IMG/VR virus record: IMGVR_UViG_3300043640_000359
Span: 1-59,537 of that record
Reading direction: 5' to 3' (one strand)
DNA length: 59,537 bases
DNA from: a virus
Taxonomy: Duplodnaviria > Caudoviricetes
Position numbers and translations under genes: made by a program. Within the stretch, counting starts at the first letter, position 1. Every line of letters starts with the position of its first letter. Below the pieces are notes generated by a model. It ran no database searches. It saw only the letters and a program-made list of their open reading frames with translations, and was not told the origin of the DNA. Positions 1 through 9,372 of this stretch are shown piece by piece.

Positions 1-259
1 CGGTGGGCTGATAGGTGGCCGCGACATTGACACTCGCCATGCTACCCGTCCGCCTTCTCAGCGATCTTGCTGGCGAGTTTGTTCAGGAGCGTGTCGAGCT
101 TTTCGCTGGCCGCATTCACCGCCTCGTGATGCGTCTGCACCGTGAGCTCCACACTCTCGGTGGGCTTGCCATCCATGTACTCGGCGCTGAGGCGGAGGTA
201 GTGATGCGCGTTCTTGCTGCTCCCACGAATGCCGCGGGCAATGGCGGCTTGAATCATGG
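1..259. repeat. Terminal direct repeat, left copy
   Basis: 1-259 matches 59279-59537 except C/G differences at 111, 120 and 132. Confidence 0.95.
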
Positions 260-665
260 CCGGCTGTTCGGCCACCACCTTGCTGATCAACGCTTTCACG
301 CTGGCGCTCTTCTGGTGACTGTTGCCGCGGCCCTTGAAGCCGATGTTGCCCTTGCGAAAGGGGAAGAACTTATGCCCGTTTTTTAGGATGACGGGGTTGT
401 CGTAGTCCAACAGCTCGCGCTTCTGGTCCTCGGTCATGGGCGGCTTCTTGCCGAGCCGCACATCCAGTGCCGCCACATGCGCTTCCTTTTCTGCGATCTC
501 TTTGCGGAGTGCGGCCAGATGACGTTTGACCTGCGCTAAACTGACGCTATAGACCCGATTTGGCGTGCGCGCGACACCTTTCACCACCGTTTTCGGTGCT
601 TTTGTCACCTTTTTGGGGGTTTTAGGTGGCGAAAGCGCACGCTTCGCGGGTGCTGATTTGGTCAC
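42..665 (-). CDS. terS: Putative terminase small subunit
   Basis: 207 aa, basic N-terminus and helical C-terminus; directly upstream of terL across the circular junction. Confidence 0.65.
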   Translation of the reverse strand: MTKSAPAKRALSPPKTPKKVTKAPKTVVKGVARTPNRVYSVSLAQVKRHLAALRKEIAEKEAHVAALDVRLGKKPPMTEDQKRELLDYDNPVILKNGHKFFPFRKGNIGFKGRGNSHQKSASVKALISKVVAEQPAMIQAAIARGIRGSSKNAHHYLRLSAEYMDGKPTESVELTVQTHHEAVNAASEKLDTLLNKLASKIAEKADG

Positions 666-1237
666 TTGGCTTGGGGAGGCTGTTGGGACGCACAGCGGAT
701 GGGTGTGAGCACCCTAGCTTACCACCTCGGGAGGTGATCGCCTCGCTTTCACCACTCGCTGCCGTCCCGTGCATCACGAGTATGGGCCACCCCAACTGCT
801 GAAACACACGCAAAACATGTGATTTTTACCACTTTTCATGGCCTTCACGCAAGACATCACGCCCACCTCATTCTCCAACGAATTTTCGAATTCAACTCGC
901 CGAACGCGTTACTTAGCTATTGCTTAAGTATTCTTTTTTTTACCATAATTAAGGAAAAGGCCCAAAAGACCCTACCCTCCCCCGTGAACGGCGAGTTGAA
1001 TTCCTTGAAGATCATGGTGCATTCGTTCACCACCTGGTAATGCCGGCCGTTCACCCGTCCCCCTCCGTTTTTCCGCTGACCCCATTCCGCTCATGAAGGG
1101 TCCAACCGTTTCACCTCCATCCCTTGGAGATCACTGTGACGGTCGGAAATTCACCCCGCAACCTCCAGTTATTTCGACCCTTTCTCGTGATTTCTGGGGT
1201 GACACACAATTTATTTCGACCCTCTATGAAATAACTG
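666..1237. other. Non-coding AT-richer region between the divergent arms (possible ori, pac or late promoter)
   Basis: No credible ORF; T-run near 934-941; 13-bp direct repeat TTATTTCGACCCT at 1169 and 1211. Confidence 0.5.
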
Positions 1238-1279
1238 TTGCCACACGGGAACGATTTGAGCCATACTACATTTCGTTGG
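1238..1279 (+). promoter_or_regulatory. Early promoter P1
   Basis: TTGCCA-18-CATACT, with GATTTGAG in the spacer and downstream TTTCGTTGG shared with P2 and P3. Confidence 0.7.
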
Positions 1280-1357
1280 TGGACGGCGAGAGGCGACATG
1301 AGATTCGCAAGCCGCTCACCACCGGCCGCAGATGATCCCGCCTGAGGGAGCGCGGCC

Positions 1358-1393
1358 AACGGAACGAACGGAACAGACGGAACGGAACGGACC
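1358..1393 (+). repeat. ACGGA-repeat leader (5 copies)
   Basis: aacggaacgaacggaacagacggaacggaacggacc immediately before ATG 1394. Confidence 0.8.
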
Positions 1394-1873
1394 ATGACCA
1401 CCAAGACCTTCGCCTTCAACATCACGTTCACCCGGCCGGACGAAAACGACGCCATCACCTACGTGGTCGGTCACAACGTGACAGCCGACACCCGCGAAGA
1501 GGCCGATATCAAGGTTCGCGTGGCCAACGACCACCTCACGGTGTCGAAGGTCGAGCTCTTCGCGGTGATGGACGAAGACGGCAACGTCCTGGAAACCATC
1601 CCCACGCACGCGGCCGTGATTGCCAAGGCCGTGGCCGACATGGAGGCCTGGCGCCACATCAACATCACGGCCATCGACGCCACCGGCACCTACCGCGCCA
1701 CGCAACTCTGGACCAACGCCGACAACCAGGACGAGGCGCTCGCCAAGCTGGAAGAGTGGCGCACTCGCACCGACGCCGCTGGCCGGCTCGAGATGGCCCT
1801 CATTGCCGACCGCACCACCGTCCGCCGCTTTGTGGCCACCCCCGACGGCACGCTGACCGAGGTGGGTCGATGA
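1394..1873 (+). CDS. Hypothetical early protein
   Basis: 159 aa, strong GC3 bias, first gene after P1. Confidence 0.8.
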   Translation: MTTKTFAFNITFTRPDENDAITYVVGHNVTADTREEADIKVRVANDHLTVSKVELFAVMDEDGNVLETIPTHAAVIAKAVADMEAWRHINITAIDATGTYRATQLWTNADNQDEALAKLEEWRTRTDAAGRLEMALIADRTTVRRFVATPDGTLTEVGR

Positions 1874-2664
1874 ACCCCTTCATCACCTACGCCGTGGACG
1901 CGCGGGTTGACGGCCGGCGCGAGATCCTGGACATCCGCCTGGTAGACTACCGCATCAAGGAGGAAGGCGCGCTCCCCCTGGTGCGGGAGGCGCTGGCGAA
2001 ACTCGCCGGCACCGTGGAGCTCCTGGGCCTGATGGGACCCGACCGCCGCTACCTCCAGATTGCGGCCACGCTCGCCCTGACCGCCTTCTTAGCCGCCTGC
2101 GGGTCCAAGGGAGGTCCCACCGGCCCGACCCCTACGGCCGATACCCCCACGGCCACGCGCGCTGTAGCGAGCTTCTACACGCCCGGCCAATGCGCCGGCC
2201 AATGCCGGATAGACGCCGCGCTGGCCCTGGTGGACTACGTGCAGACCGGGGAGGCGCTGCCGTGGACATCCCAGCCAGCTGGCGCGTGGTTCCGCGCGCA
2301 AGGCTTGACGGTCGCCATCGTGACCTACGCGCCAGAGTTCAACATCGCCGCCGACTGCTGTGCCGACAACGTGCTGCACGTCGGGAGCAAAGGCTTAGGG
2401 CCCATCCTCAGCGACGGTGAGCTCGTCGCCACGGCCGCCACGCTGCTGCACGAGGCGCGCCACAAACAGTTCCCGCACTCCTGTGCCGATGCGCGCCGCG
2501 ACCGCACCGAAGCCGAGCTGGGTGCCTGGGGTGTGCAGACCACGTTCATGGAGTGGGTCGCCACCAAGAGCACGAACCTCTCCATGTCCGACGCCAGCCG
2601 CGCCGACATCCTCAGCTTCGTCAACACCATCCGTGGCTATCAGTTCTGTGGAGCCGGCCAATGA
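1870..2664 (+). CDS. Putative lipoprotein with HEXXH zincin-like motif
   Basis: Lipobox LAAC after RRYLQIAATLALTAF; TLLHEARH; possible internal start at ATG 2032. Confidence 0.6.
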   Translation: MNPFITYAVDARVDGRREILDIRLVDYRIKEEGALPLVREALAKLAGTVELLGLMGPDRRYLQIAATLALTAFLAACGSKGGPTGPTPTADTPTATRAVASFYTPGQCAGQCRIDAALALVDYVQTGEALPWTSQPAGAWFRAQGLTVAIVTYAPEFNIAADCCADNVLHVGSKGLGPILSDGELVATAATLLHEARHKQFPHSCADARRDRTEAELGAWGVQTTFMEWVATKSTNLSMSDASRADILSFVNTIRGYQFCGAGQ

Positions 2665-2771
2665 TCTGCCACAACCCCACGTCGCTCCGCGGCGAATGTC
2701 CGATGATGTTCCATAGCTGCGGGGAGTGGGGTGGCACCGAGTGCCTGCATGCACCCAAGGAGACGACACCA

Positions 2772-3173
2772 ATGCCTGAGATGAAGATCACCATTGCCTA
2801 CGCCGACGGCGTGGGACCACCACGCAGCCAGACCTTTACCCTCGACGAGGGCACCGTTGCGGCGCTCACGGCACCGCGTGTTCCGCATCACGAGTCCCGA
2901 GCCGAAGCGACGCAACGTATCACCGACTACCTGATGACGCGGCCACCCGCGCTTGAGCTCCATATGCAGGTGGGCGCGGTGCTCGACGCCATGTGGGTGT
3001 GCGGCTTCGAAGTGGCGCACCACGATGTCTACGGCAAGGCGCAACAGGAGGCCTACGCCCGCGGCCGCACCGACGCCACCCGCGACATCGCCAAGGCCGT
3101 GACCAAGCTCCTCGACGCCAGCTCGGTGGGTGAACTGACGCGTGTGTTGGAGAAGGGATTGGCCGGCAAATGA
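2772..3173 (+). CDS. Hypothetical protein (alternative start 2661)
   Basis: AAGGAG RBS before ATG 2772. Confidence 0.65.
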   Translation: MPEMKITIAYADGVGPPRSQTFTLDEGTVAALTAPRVPHHESRAEATQRITDYLMTRPPALELHMQVGAVLDAMWVCGFEVAHHDVYGKAQQEAYARGRTDATRDIAKAVTKLLDASSVGELTRVLEKGLAGK

Positions 3174-3445
3174 TCCAGGTGCTCCTCGTCGGCATCACCG
3201 TGTTGGTGGGCGTGCTGCTGGGTGGGTGGATGGGCGAGCAATACGCCGCACCCACGCTCCCACGGCCGCACCCTAACGACATCGCCATCCTCGAGACCAC
3301 CACCGTGCACCGCGGCTCCATTCACGTGGAGGCGCATATCGTGCGCGTGGGCAACGCCTGTCAGCTGGTGTGGAGCGAGCACACCACCACGGACGAGGGT
3401 GCCTACCCCCGCACGACCACGAGCTGGAGTGTGGCATGCCCATGA
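3170..3445 (+). CDS. Small membrane-anchored protein
   Basis: N-terminal hydrophobic helix; ATGA overlap with upstream gene. Confidence 0.6.
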   Translation: MIQVLLVGITVLVGVLLGGWMGEQYAAPTLPRPHPNDIAILETTTVHRGSIHVEAHIVRVGNACQLVWSEHTTTDEGAYPRTTTSWSVACP

Positions 3446-3807
3446 CGCTCGAGATTGGAAAATACTACCGGGACCGACAGGGCCATGCGTGGACCGTGCT
3501 GGATATCCACGTCGGTCAGTCCGGCACGCGCGTGACCGTCGCACGGTGGGACGCCGCCGTCTACCGCACACGGCTCTACCGCTGGGACGGCCGCTACGAC
3601 AACGTCGTAGAGGACCCCTGGGATCTGGTGGAGGAGTGCAAGCCGGTCGCTATCGAACCGGACGACGCACCAGAGCGACTGCGACGCAAGGCAAACCAGG
3701 AATGGGAGATGGCCGGTCTGGCGCGGCAAGACGGTGACACCAAGGCCGCGACGCAACACACACTCAGCGCGCGATGGTATGAACGTCAACTGAGCGAGCG
3801 TCAATGA
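3442..3807 (+). CDS. Hypothetical protein
   Basis: ATGA-coupled; LEIGKYYRDRQG and PWDLVEE segments typical of small phage proteins. Confidence 0.65.
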   Translation: MTLEIGKYYRDRQGHAWTVLDIHVGQSGTRVTVARWDAAVYRTRLYRWDGRYDNVVEDPWDLVEECKPVAIEPDDAPERLRRKANQEWEMAGLARQDGDTKAATQHTLSARWYERQLSERQ

Positions 3808-4154
3808 CGTTCGACGAACAGTCGGCGGCATGTGACCACGTGCCCTACATCCACGACGTGCTATCGAACCACTGGCAATGTCTCTGCGGCCAGACCTCGA
3901 CGCCTGTGACGACCGTCTGTCCGTCCGCTGTCTGCGTGCCATGCAAGGAGAAACGTATGAACTTGGTCGAAGGCGTGTTGGCCGAATGCACGCGGGTGCG
4001 CGCGTTGCTCCCGCTCTACGACGAGATCCCAACCGGCATCTTCGCGGCCACGATGATGCGCGCGTCCCTCGAGCGCGCCGACCAGGCCATTGGCTCGGGC
4101 GATGTCGTGGCCCTGCTCGCCATCTACGAAGATTTGAAAGGCTACACGGCATGA
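3804..4154 (+). CDS. Hypothetical protein (strong internal start 3957)
   Basis: Cys-rich N-part, then AAGGAG and ATG at 3957. Confidence 0.6.
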   Translation: MTFDEQSAACDHVPYIHDVLSNHWQCLCGQTSTPVTTVCPSAVCVPCKEKRMNLVEGVLAECTRVRALLPLYDEIPTGIFAATMMRASLERADQAIGSGDVVALLAIYEDLKGYTA

Positions 4155-4684
4155 GCGCGCCGAACGGCTCCGGCATTCAACGCTTCAAGACCGCCACCAC
4201 GCTTGTGGTGCATTGGTGCATGGGTGCCATGATCGGCGCGGGCGTCCTCATTCCGGCCACGCCGCTGGCCCTGTACACGTTCGCCATTTTCGGCGCGCTG
4301 TATGTGGCCGGCCAACTGTTCATGGCGTTGGTGCTGGCCACCGAGCGCCGGCTCTACCCGCCACAACCCAAGCCGAAGCCGGCGCGCACGCACTGCCCGT
4401 ATTGTGGCATCGTGCAGCCACACACCGAGCTTGAGCGCCAGATGCTCACGCCCTACAAAGAGACGCGCGTCGATAGTCGCCCCGATAAGATTGTTCTAGC
4501 GTCGATGGGTGGTGTGCGATCGCACACAATTCCAATCGGCACACCGGATGGTGGACCGGAGACGATTGTGTCGTTCTTGCCCGAAGGTGGCGACGGATGT
4601 CCCAACTGTGGGAGTGTCGTGGGGTGGATTCACGGTGCCATCAAAACCTGCGGCCCATGCGGCCATCAGTGGAGGCTCTCGTGA
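4151..4684 (+). CDS. Membrane protein with Zn-ribbon motifs
   Basis: Two hydrophobic segments; CPYC, CPNC and CGPC. Confidence 0.55.
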   Translation: MSAPNGSGIQRFKTATTLVVHWCMGAMIGAGVLIPATPLALYTFAIFGALYVAGQLFMALVLATERRLYPPQPKPKPARTHCPYCGIVQPHTELERQMLTPYKETRVDSRPDKIVLASMGGVRSHTIPIGTPDGGPETIVSFLPEGGDGCPNCGSVVGWIHGAIKTCGPCGHQWRLS

Positions 4685-4866
4685 GCACCGGACCCGCGCC
4701 GTCCAGTCCGCAGGATGCCCTTCGCGCCAAGGTGTGGGAGCTCCACTCGATGGGCCTGAGCTATGCCTCCATTGCGGCACGTCTGCACCTCACGTGGCGC
4801 GACGCCAAGATACTGGTGCGTGAGGCACAGTCCAATCTCTACGACAACGGCCGGGTGAAGCCATGA
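4681..4866 (+). CDS. Small HTH-like protein
   Basis: ELHSMGLSYASIAARLHLT HTH pattern. Confidence 0.55.
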   Translation: MSTGPAPSSPQDALRAKVWELHSMGLSYASIAARLHLTWRDAKILVREAQSNLYDNGRVKP

Positions 4867-5309
4867 AGACATCAGAGAAACTTGCGTTCGTCAAGCGACA
4901 GTTGAAATCCTATCGGTCTCTCGCGCGCCGCTCCGGAAGCTTCCAGCAGTGGATTGAACTGAAGATGGGCGTGAGTCGGCTCACCGCCTCCGAGCTGATC
5001 CGCAAGGCCCGCATCGATCTCCGTATGGAGGAATGCGACGCGCCGCTCAACGCACGCTGTGTGCCGTTGATTGTGGAGCAGGAGAATCTTGCGCAAGCGG
5101 AACCCGTGAGCGACGACACGCAGGTCGACGTGGTCACGGTCAAGACCTTCACGCGCACGCTCTCGACGGCGACGTTGCGCGAGGCACTCTCGCTCCCACC
5201 GGACACCGTCTTCTACACTGAGGTGCCATCCGGAGGCGACTGGTCCGGCATGCGCATTGAACTCGGACGCGAGTGCACCCTCTACGCCACCTGGATCGAA
5301 CGCGAGTAG
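4863..5309 (+). CDS. Hypothetical protein
   Basis: ATGA-coupled ORF, 148 aa. Confidence 0.55.
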   Translation: MKTSEKLAFVKRQLKSYRSLARRSGSFQQWIELKMGVSRLTASELIRKARIDLRMEECDAPLNARCVPLIVEQENLAQAEPVSDDTQVDVVTVKTFTRTLSTATLREALSLPPDTVFYTEVPSGGDWSGMRIELGRECTLYATWIERE

Positions 5310-5311
5310 CC

Positions 5312-5653
5312 ATGGCGTGGAAATACGTCATCATGCGCGTGGGCAACCGAGAGGTGCCAGTCCTCTTCCCAGAGAGCATGGTCCACGCGCATATGGCCGA
5401 GATGATGCAACTCTACTTTGCCACCGAGGCACAGTTTCTGGCGGGTGGTGTGCTCTCTACCGACGCCGTACGGAAGATTGCCGACAGTGTCACGGCAGCA
5501 AGTGCCGGCTCCTGCGAGGTGCGGGTGTTGGTGGCCCGCGACTCTGGTTCCGAGACGCTCGGGATCAAGAGTAGGTTCCACGACACGGCGGTCATCAACA
5601 TGCATCCTTACACCGGTGGCTACGTTGAGGACGAGGAGGATCCCAATGGGTAA
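5312..5653 (+). CDS. Hypothetical phage protein
   Basis: KYVI..PVLFP..H..SAG..SETLGIKS pattern resembling a common phage family of unknown function. Confidence 0.65.
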   Translation: MAWKYVIMRVGNREVPVLFPESMVHAHMAEMMQLYFATEAQFLAGGVLSTDAVRKIADSVTAASAGSCEVRVLVARDSGSETLGIKSRFHDTAVINMHPYTGGYVEDEEDPNG

Positions 5654-5825
5654 CACACGCATCGTGGCGGCGCGCATCGTGGAGAAGGTGCTGGCGCACT
5701 TCGCAGATGACGACGAATATCTGGAGACGTTGAAGCGGCGCGAACCCGCCGAAGAGTTCGAACAGCTGCGCGAGGACCTCACCAACATCGTCGCCACCGA
5801 GATGGACGACCGTGTCATCTACTAA
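5646..5825 (+). CDS. Small acidic hypothetical protein
   Basis: GAGGAGG RBS; GC3 bias. Confidence 0.6.
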   Translation: MGNTRIVAARIVEKVLAHFADDDEYLETLKRREPAEEFEQLREDLTNIVATEMDDRVIY

Positions 5826-6432
5826 CCGGTGGGGCATTGAACGAGAGGACCGCATCGCGCTCACGCACGACGAGGTGTTGAAGTATCTCGCCGCGCGACG
5901 GAGCCGGCCGCGGCCAAAGGAGGCGGTAGATATCCTGACGTGGCTGCGCGGCCGGTGGGTGTGTTCCGCGGCCCACGCCCGCACCCGACTCCAAGAAGCC
6001 GGCGTGGAATGGCAGACGGGCGTCGACGACGTCTGCATCCCCACGGCCGCGGTCCGGCCCAACGTCCTCCGAGACTGGGCGATTCTGGCTGCGGAGGTTG
6101 CCCTTAGCGGCCACGTCGACGACGCCGGTATGCTTCGCCTGGGCTTGGGCCGGCTCGCCAAGCAAGGCAATCTGGTGAGCCAGCGGGTCGAGGCGCTGGA
6201 AGCCGTGCTCGCCGCGGTATTGGCCGGTGACCCGCTGCGCTACAACGGCGAATATCCCGAGGCGACATGCGCCCACTGCGGCCGCACAGCCACCTACAAC
6301 GGCTTCAATGCACAGCCGCAATTCACGTTGACCCTACACGATCACAAGGAGGACTGTCCGTGGCGCCAGGCAAACGAAACGCTTCCGGTAACTACCCGGT
6401 TCTCGCCGTTGCGGTCTCGGCGAGCGAGGTGA
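5812..6432 (+). CDS. Hypothetical protein with C-terminal Zn-finger-like motif
   Basis: CAHC...HKEDCPW. Confidence 0.55.
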   Translation: MSSTNRWGIEREDRIALTHDEVLKYLAARRSRPRPKEAVDILTWLRGRWVCSAAHARTRLQEAGVEWQTGVDDVCIPTAAVRPNVLRDWAILAAEVALSGHVDDAGMLRLGLGRLAKQGNLVSQRVEALEAVLAAVLAGDPLRYNGEYPEATCAHCGRTATYNGFNAQPQFTLTLHDHKEDCPWRQANETLPVTTRFSPLRSRRAR

Positions 6433-6577
6433 TTGCCGGGATGAAGCTGTTCACCACCGATGGATGGCGCGAGGTGGCCGTCACGTTGATCGAAGACGGC
6501 GACGTCACCTTCACCTTCGAGGACGACGACGACACCTTCACGATTGAGAATCGTATGGTGATCGCGTCGATGTACTG

Positions 6578-6772
6578 ATGGGACACTACGACGAACAATT
6601 CGCGGAACTCGATCGTCGCGCCGCGGAAGAGCAACGACGACGACGCGCGGTCGTGGCTGAGCACCTCCTCCTGGCGCACGAAGCGTTGCAGGACGTTGCG
6701 AAGAGCCGCGAGACGGCGCTCGTCGCTACGAAGATCGAGGAAGCACAGATGTGGTTGGAGCGCGCCAAGTGA
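6578..6772 (+). CDS. Acb2/Tad1-like helical hairpin protein (candidate immune-signal sponge)
   Basis: SRETALVATKIEEAQMWLER resembles the Tad1-family SRE..A.T..EEA.MW motif. Confidence 0.6.
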   Translation: MGHYDEQFAELDRRAAEEQRRRRAVVAEHLLLAHEALQDVAKSRETALVATKIEEAQMWLERAK

Positions 6773-6948
6773 ACAACCAGCAGCTCGCTCAGTTGCTTGT
6801 CGACATCACCTCCGTGGCAGCATCGTTGCACGACCTCGTGGCGTGGATGCGTTACGAACTGAACATCGCGCTGTCGGTCATCGCCGCGTCGCTGGCTGTG
6901 ATGGCGGTGACGTTGGCCTTCAAACGGTTCCACGGCTATGACGACTAG
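6769..6948 (+). CDS. Small membrane protein
   Basis: C-terminal hydrophobic helix; GTGA overlap. Confidence 0.5.
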   Translation: MNNQQLAQLLVDITSVAASLHDLVAWMRYELNIALSVIAASLAVMAVTLAFKRFHGYDD

Positions 6949-7315
6949 GCCGCGCACACCGGGGTGGATTGTCCTCACGGGGTTGATCCTCGGGAGCTAC
7001 ACCGCGTTCATTGCCGGTCAGCGGCCGGACACGTGGTATCTGTACATCGGCATCCATGTCGTGGCGTCATGGGCCATGTTGCGGTGGTTCTTCGGTCCCG
7101 AGCCCACGCCAGTCCATCACTGCGACTGTGACTGTCATGGCGACGAGGACCGCGGCCACGCACCGGTGCTGCCACGACCGCTCATCACGCGTGCAGAGAT
7201 GGAACCGATCTGTGCGTGGGCACGGACACACTACGACATAGAGTTCACCGACGATCACCTAGCCCACTACGCCGACGCCATGGGCTTCCGCTACGTGCGA
7301 GAGGAGAAGACATGA
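6938..7315 (+). CDS. Membrane protein
   Basis: Two hydrophobic segments and an HHCDCDCH motif. Confidence 0.55.
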   Translation: MTTRPRTPGWIVLTGLILGSYTAFIAGQRPDTWYLYIGIHVVASWAMLRWFFGPEPTPVHHCDCDCHGDEDRGHAPVLPRPLITRAEMEPICAWARTHYDIEFTDDHLAHYADAMGFRYVREEKT

Positions 7316-7887
7316 AGCTGACGTTCACGGTAACGATGGAGATCGACGATGCGGAGGTCGAGAAGAACAACACACGGCGCACGCGCCAGGGACGACAAGT
7401 GCTGTTGCCGCTCGACATTGCACGCGACGCGTTGGACCAGGGATGCCGACACAACTTCCACATTGCCTCGCACCGCATCGAAGAGGTGGACATGGGGATG
7501 GCCCGCGCGCCGCTGCCCAACGACAACCTCCTGTCGTTCGAACGGTTCACCAAGACGAACGTGGCCCGCTGCGAGGCGCACGCGCAGGCCATCACGGCGT
7601 GGGGACCCGATCAGTGGAGCAACGCCATGGCCGGCGAGACCGGTGAAGCCTGCAATCTCACCAAGAAGATGTCACGCATCTGGCCGGCCAACCAGTTCAA
7701 ACAGAGCTGGAACAAACCCGAGGACCAACGCATGGACACGTTGGTGCAGAAACTGAAACGCGAGATCGGCGATGTCGTCATCTACGCGGACCTGCTGGCC
7801 GTGCGCGTCAACCTCACGCTCGAGGATTGCGTGCGCACCAGCTTCAACGAGAAGTCAGCTGAGCTTGGTAGCGCTCATCTGCTGTAA
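7312..7887 (+). CDS. MazG-like nucleotide pyrophosphohydrolase
   Basis: [11 protein letters not shown] and [14 protein letters not shown] acidic pairs; FNEKS end. Confidence 0.8.
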   Translation: MKLTFTVTMEIDDAEVEKNNTRRTRQGRQVLLPLDIARDALDQGCRHNFHIASHRIEEVDMGMARAPLPNDNLLSFERFTKTNVARCEAHAQAITAWGPDQWSNAMAGETGEACNLTKKMSRIWPANQFKQSWNKPEDQRMDTLVQKLKREIGDVVIYADLLAVRVNLTLEDCVRTSFNEKSAELGSAHLL

Positions 7888-7918
7888 GCCGTTCACCCGC
7901 TACCATCGGAGAGGCACC

Positions 7919-8599
7919 ATGCAACGTAGAATCGTTTGGATCAGCGTGCTCGTCGCGGCGCTCTACACCGTCGGAGCTGGCGCACAGAGCAACCCGTTCA
8001 GTTCGCCGCAGACCAACAACCCGCCGTCGTGCACCACCTGCCCGGCCGGACCCAAGGGCGACAAGGGCGACCGCGGCTATCAGGGCGTGAAGGGCGACCC
8101 CGGCCCGAAGGGGTCTACCGGCCCACAAGGACCCGCAGGGCCACAAGGACCGGCCGGTCCTATGGGTCCTCAGGGTCCCGAAGGCGTGGGGCTTCCTGGG
8201 CCACAGGGACCGCAAGGACCTCCGGGATCGGCCACGCCGCTCAACCCGCCCACGGTGGACCCGCGCTTCGGCCATATCGACCGGCGCATTCCGCCGCTGG
8301 GCGCAATCGATGTCGTGGAAACCATCTGGCGCTTCGACACCGGCATCAACGACCTGATCATCATGTATCGCGGCGTGGACGCGACACCCACGCGCGCCGC
8401 ATCCCCAGGGATCGTGGCTGTGGTGGACAACAACCGACCCATCCCCTGCTACCAGATGATCAGTCGCGGTGGTGAAGGGGGACGTGTGTGGGATCGCATC
8501 AACCCGCACACCATCCGGCAGTTCAACTACTTCGACAACGAAACCGGCTACTGGTGCATCCTGCCGTGGGACGTCACGCTGCCCTGCACCCCGTTCTAA
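7919..8599 (+). CDS. Secreted collagen-like protein
   Basis: Signal peptide ending AGA; CTTC; about 19 Gly-X-Y triplets; C-terminal globular part. Confidence 0.75.
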   Translation: MQRRIVWISVLVAALYTVGAGAQSNPFSSPQTNNPPSCTTCPAGPKGDKGDRGYQGVKGDPGPKGSTGPQGPAGPQGPAGPMGPQGPEGVGLPGPQGPQGPPGSATPLNPPTVDPRFGHIDRRIPPLGAIDVVETIWRFDTGINDLIIMYRGVDATPTRAASPGIVAVVDNNRPIPCYQMISRGGEGGRVWDRINPHTIRQFNYFDNETGYWCILPWDVTLPCTPF

Positions 8600-8607
8600 G
8601 AAAGGAT

Positions 8608-8787
8608 ATGCCCGAGCACGAGCAGGTGCGGGTCACACGAGCGCTGTTACAGGCGCGCACCGCACTTCGCTTGTGCCGACAGGCGGCTCTGGAGTATGAC
8701 GATCCGTTTCTCCGTGAGACGACCACACAAGCCATCGAGGCTATCGGCGTCAACCTCGACCGGCGTCACCGCTATCACCGGCCGTAG
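8608..8787 (+). CDS. Small hypothetical protein
   Basis: AAGGA RBS before ATG 8608. Confidence 0.5.
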   Translation: MPEHEQVRVTRALLQARTALRLCRQAALEYDDPFLRETTTQAIEAIGVNLDRRHRYHRP

Positions 8788-8836
8788 GCTCTATACTAGA
8801 GCGTGAACCGTCCACTCGGATACAGAAGGAGCGCAA

Positions 8837-9163
8837 GTGAATCGACCGACGACGTCCGTCTCGGGTCAGCCCATTGTCATGCAGCCGTTGGAAGAGCAAG
8901 GCTCTGTCACCGTGCTGCGCATTTTGGAACGTCTCAACGGTGGCATGATGATGCCCATGCATCCGTTGGCTCCCATCACCAAACCTGAAGACATCGCGGC
9001 CGTCGTGGCCGAGATCGAAGCCGCCATGGGTGTGCCACTCAGCGACGAGCAGTTCGCCAAGGATGTCGAGGTGTGGCCCACGCAAACCGTGAGCGACGTC
9101 CTGCAGCTGTGGAAGGTGCGCGCTGGAGAAGCGCGGCCGAAACCAGATCAGGCCGACGCGTGA
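8837..9163 (+). CDS. Hypothetical protein
   Basis: AAGGAG RBS before GTG; 108 aa. Confidence 0.6.
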   Translation: MNRPTTSVSGQPIVMQPLEEQGSVTVLRILERLNGGMMMPMHPLAPITKPEDIAAVVAEIEAAMGVPLSDEQFAKDVEVWPTQTVSDVLQLWKVRAGEARPKPDQADA

Positions 9164-9372
9164 CGATTGATCTCGGACCAATGTTCGTGGTGTTTGCCGA
9201 TATGGCGCGCATCGTGCGTGACTATACGCAAGCCTGCGAGCAGACCGCCGAGAAATGGAACCGCTGGGCCGCAACCCCCGAGGCTCAGCGGATTCTTCGC
9301 AAGTGGCGATGGCAGGAACGCTATCGTCGTCGGTATGAACGGAGACGCCATGGCCTGGTCCGAACCAAGTGA
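9160..9372 (+). CDS. Small basic hypothetical protein
   Basis: GTGA overlap; fills the operon. Confidence 0.45.
   Translation: MTIDLGPMFVVFADMARIVRDYTQACEQTAEKWNRWAATPEAQRILRKWRWQERYRRRYERRRHGLVRTK

Noticed and set aside
819-1335. ORFs 819-1040 and 1093-1335
   Set aside because: Atypical codon use, no RBS, and overlap with promoter and repeat elements.
1358-1393. ACGGA repeats as CRISPR or simple microsatellite
   Set aside because: No spacers, and they sit consistently before start codons; treated as leader motifs.
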